Positions 62,166 through 64,000 of a DNA stretch of 64,000 nt are shown here, in pieces. Source of the stretch: Podarcis bocagei. Its lineage: Eukaryota. The position numbers and the translations under genes are program-made. The notes under the pieces were generated by a model, which saw nothing but the letters and a program-made list of their open reading frames with translations, was not told the origin of the DNA and did not search any database. Location of the stretch: the NCBI GenBank assembly GCA_964188305.1, contig OZ076886.1; one strand, given 5' to 3'. The number at the start of each line of letters is the position of its first letter. Position 1 is the first letter of the stretch.

Positions 62166-63557
62166 GTCCTTAAGTGAAAGTATGGCAAAGATATTTTAGG
62201 CTGTAGGGCTTTGCAGTTTAATGTAATTCTAATTCTAGTAAAAAAAATCTTTGCAGCACATGAATAGAACCTTATTTTTCCGCCCAAGGGCAAAGCTTTG
62301 ATTAATCAGCCAATCATATAAATTAGAATTTCATGGCATATTCTTTTTGATAATTCCCTTTGGCAGGACTGTGGTGTTTTTCCTCCCCACACACCACAGT
62401 GTTACACATCCAATACTTTCCAAACACGGTGCTCCTCTTCCATTGTTTTGACCTTAGATACTGTAGCAGTGCCTCAAATCTCATGCATCTGTCTGTCAAA
62501 AATACGTTTCCCATCTGGATGTCTTTCAGTCAAGAGCAAACCTCCAGAGATCTCTGTATTAAATGACTCTCAATTGACAGAATCGTTTTTTCATCTTTTG
62601 TAAGAATGGATCTCACCGTTATTGCACAAAAAGAAAAAGGTGACATTCTCACATATTGCTTCTTTAGTGCACTGCTCCCTAAATGGGGAGATCTTAGATT
62701 TAAACTCAAAGATGATACCTACCATATATTATCATCGGAGCCAATTTACCTTCAAGGCATAACTCCTCTTGGCTGTTTTCCATTGAGATCATACTTTCTG
62801 GATTACATAAGTTCTTCTGTCTCAAGAGGACCTTATTGTTTTCCCTCCTTTGTCAAAATTTCAGACGTTATTTGGCTATGGTTTGCAAGCACAGCCATAG
62901 CAGATTTTTCATATTAAACGCTTTTTCTTTCTTTAAAAAAAGGAATCACAGCACTGTATATTTTATGGCGAGCCAAGGGTATTCTGATTATTAAAGCTAT
63001 ATTCCAAGGGGAAGCTGCTGCACATCAACAGCGAAGGATGTTATAGAAAAACATAAAAGTACACTTGATGCAATGCACATGGCTGTCCCCATGCAAGGCA
63101 GGGGCTGCATCTGTACTGACGACCGAAACCCTTTGAGGGATTGTGTTTCCCCATGACCATACCATCACTTATTGGAGCTGGCTTCCATCCTAAATACCCT
63201 CTCGGCAACTCCCAAGGACTGAATAAAGGCCAGCTCTGTAATTCAGACCAGGGAATGGCCTGTTTCTGTCCAACAGTGTGCAGCAGACAGTATCAGTAGC
63301 CACCAATTTGGAGGAAAAAGAATGTGTGTGATTCATAACTAAGAAAAGGCTTCCAGCTCCTTTGGAGTTGTATATTACCGTATGATTAATTTGGGAGGTT
63401 TAAGTAAGTGGCTTTATGATTAGCAAGTCCAGTGTCTCTGGCTCGGAAGGTACTTGAGGGCCATACTGGGCAACACACTAAATCTATGCATGCATTTGTA
63501 TGCACCTGGTTTTTATTTAAAATCCAGGTTTTGCATGTGGCATATCAAAATCACCTA

Positions 63558-63677
63558 GGATAGCTTGGTCAAGCTGCGGTAGAGCATAAGACTCTTGATC
63601 CCAAGGTGGTGGGGTCAAGCCCCGCATTGGGCAAAAGATTCATGCATTGCAGAAGGTTGTGGTCCCTTTCTAACTCT
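63558..63677 (+). mobile_element. tRNA-Lys/CR1-tail SINE
   Basis: GGATAGCT...GGTAGAGCATAAGACTCTTGATCCCAAGG...TTGGGCAAAAGATTCATGCATTGCAG. Confidence 0.82.
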
Positions 63678-64000
63678 TCTGCTTACCCTTTTAACCAGAG
63701 ACCCCAAGGGATTCAACCTGTGACCCTCTGTCACAAAGCTATGGGCACTCTGAGCTGAAGCTAAGCAGCTGCCTAAGAATGCCTTCAAACACAAGGTACA
63801 CAGTTATGTGCCCTACCATACTAGCTCTTTGGATCTTCATGCATTCTTCAAATGGATGGGCATCACATGAGTAAAGGGGCTGTGGGGATATGCCTGTGAC
63901 AGTGACACCCTCCCAATGACGCACAACTCCTCTCAGCCCTGTTCCCACCATCCATGCATTGACATAGATCCCTGTGTTGGAAAAACTTATGCTTAAACCC

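Noticed and set aside
63558-63632. tRNA-Lys gene (also 6475, 19701, 42322)
   Set aside because: Degenerate cloverleaf fused to a CR1-like tail; these are SINE heads.

Overview
This is vertebrate nuclear DNA, almost certainly from a lacertid lizard (Podarcis/Lacerta/Zootoca-type). The assignment rests on recognisable Sauria SINEs, tRNA-Lys/CR1-tail SINEs, Bov-B, CR1, L2 and L1 3' ends, and many Tigger- and hAT-type MITEs. I could not identify any host protein-coding exon. The window looks intronic/intergenic, with a GC-rich promoter and candidate minus-strand first exon at about 15.2-15.9 kb (broken by a 128-N gap) and several repeat-free, homeodomain-site-rich blocks. Nearly all long ORFs are TE remnants or GC-rich repeat artefacts. 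Four sequence-level signals stand out. (1) Two unrelated solo LTRs (4237-4832 and 7899-8526) each carry a reading frame in the same phase at the LTR start, with an acidic N-part followed by an Arg-rich tail; the intact one ends in an HMGN-like RRSARL motif. (2) A young 1.09-kb Tc2-type DNA element is filled with ~118-bp tandem units made of alternating hairpins, one with a flipped loop. (3) There is a TA-CCGG-TA footprint matching excision of that element type. (4) There are several clean nested insertions with TSDs and a decayed Penelope hammerhead ribozyme. TE family names come from recognition, not from a database search.
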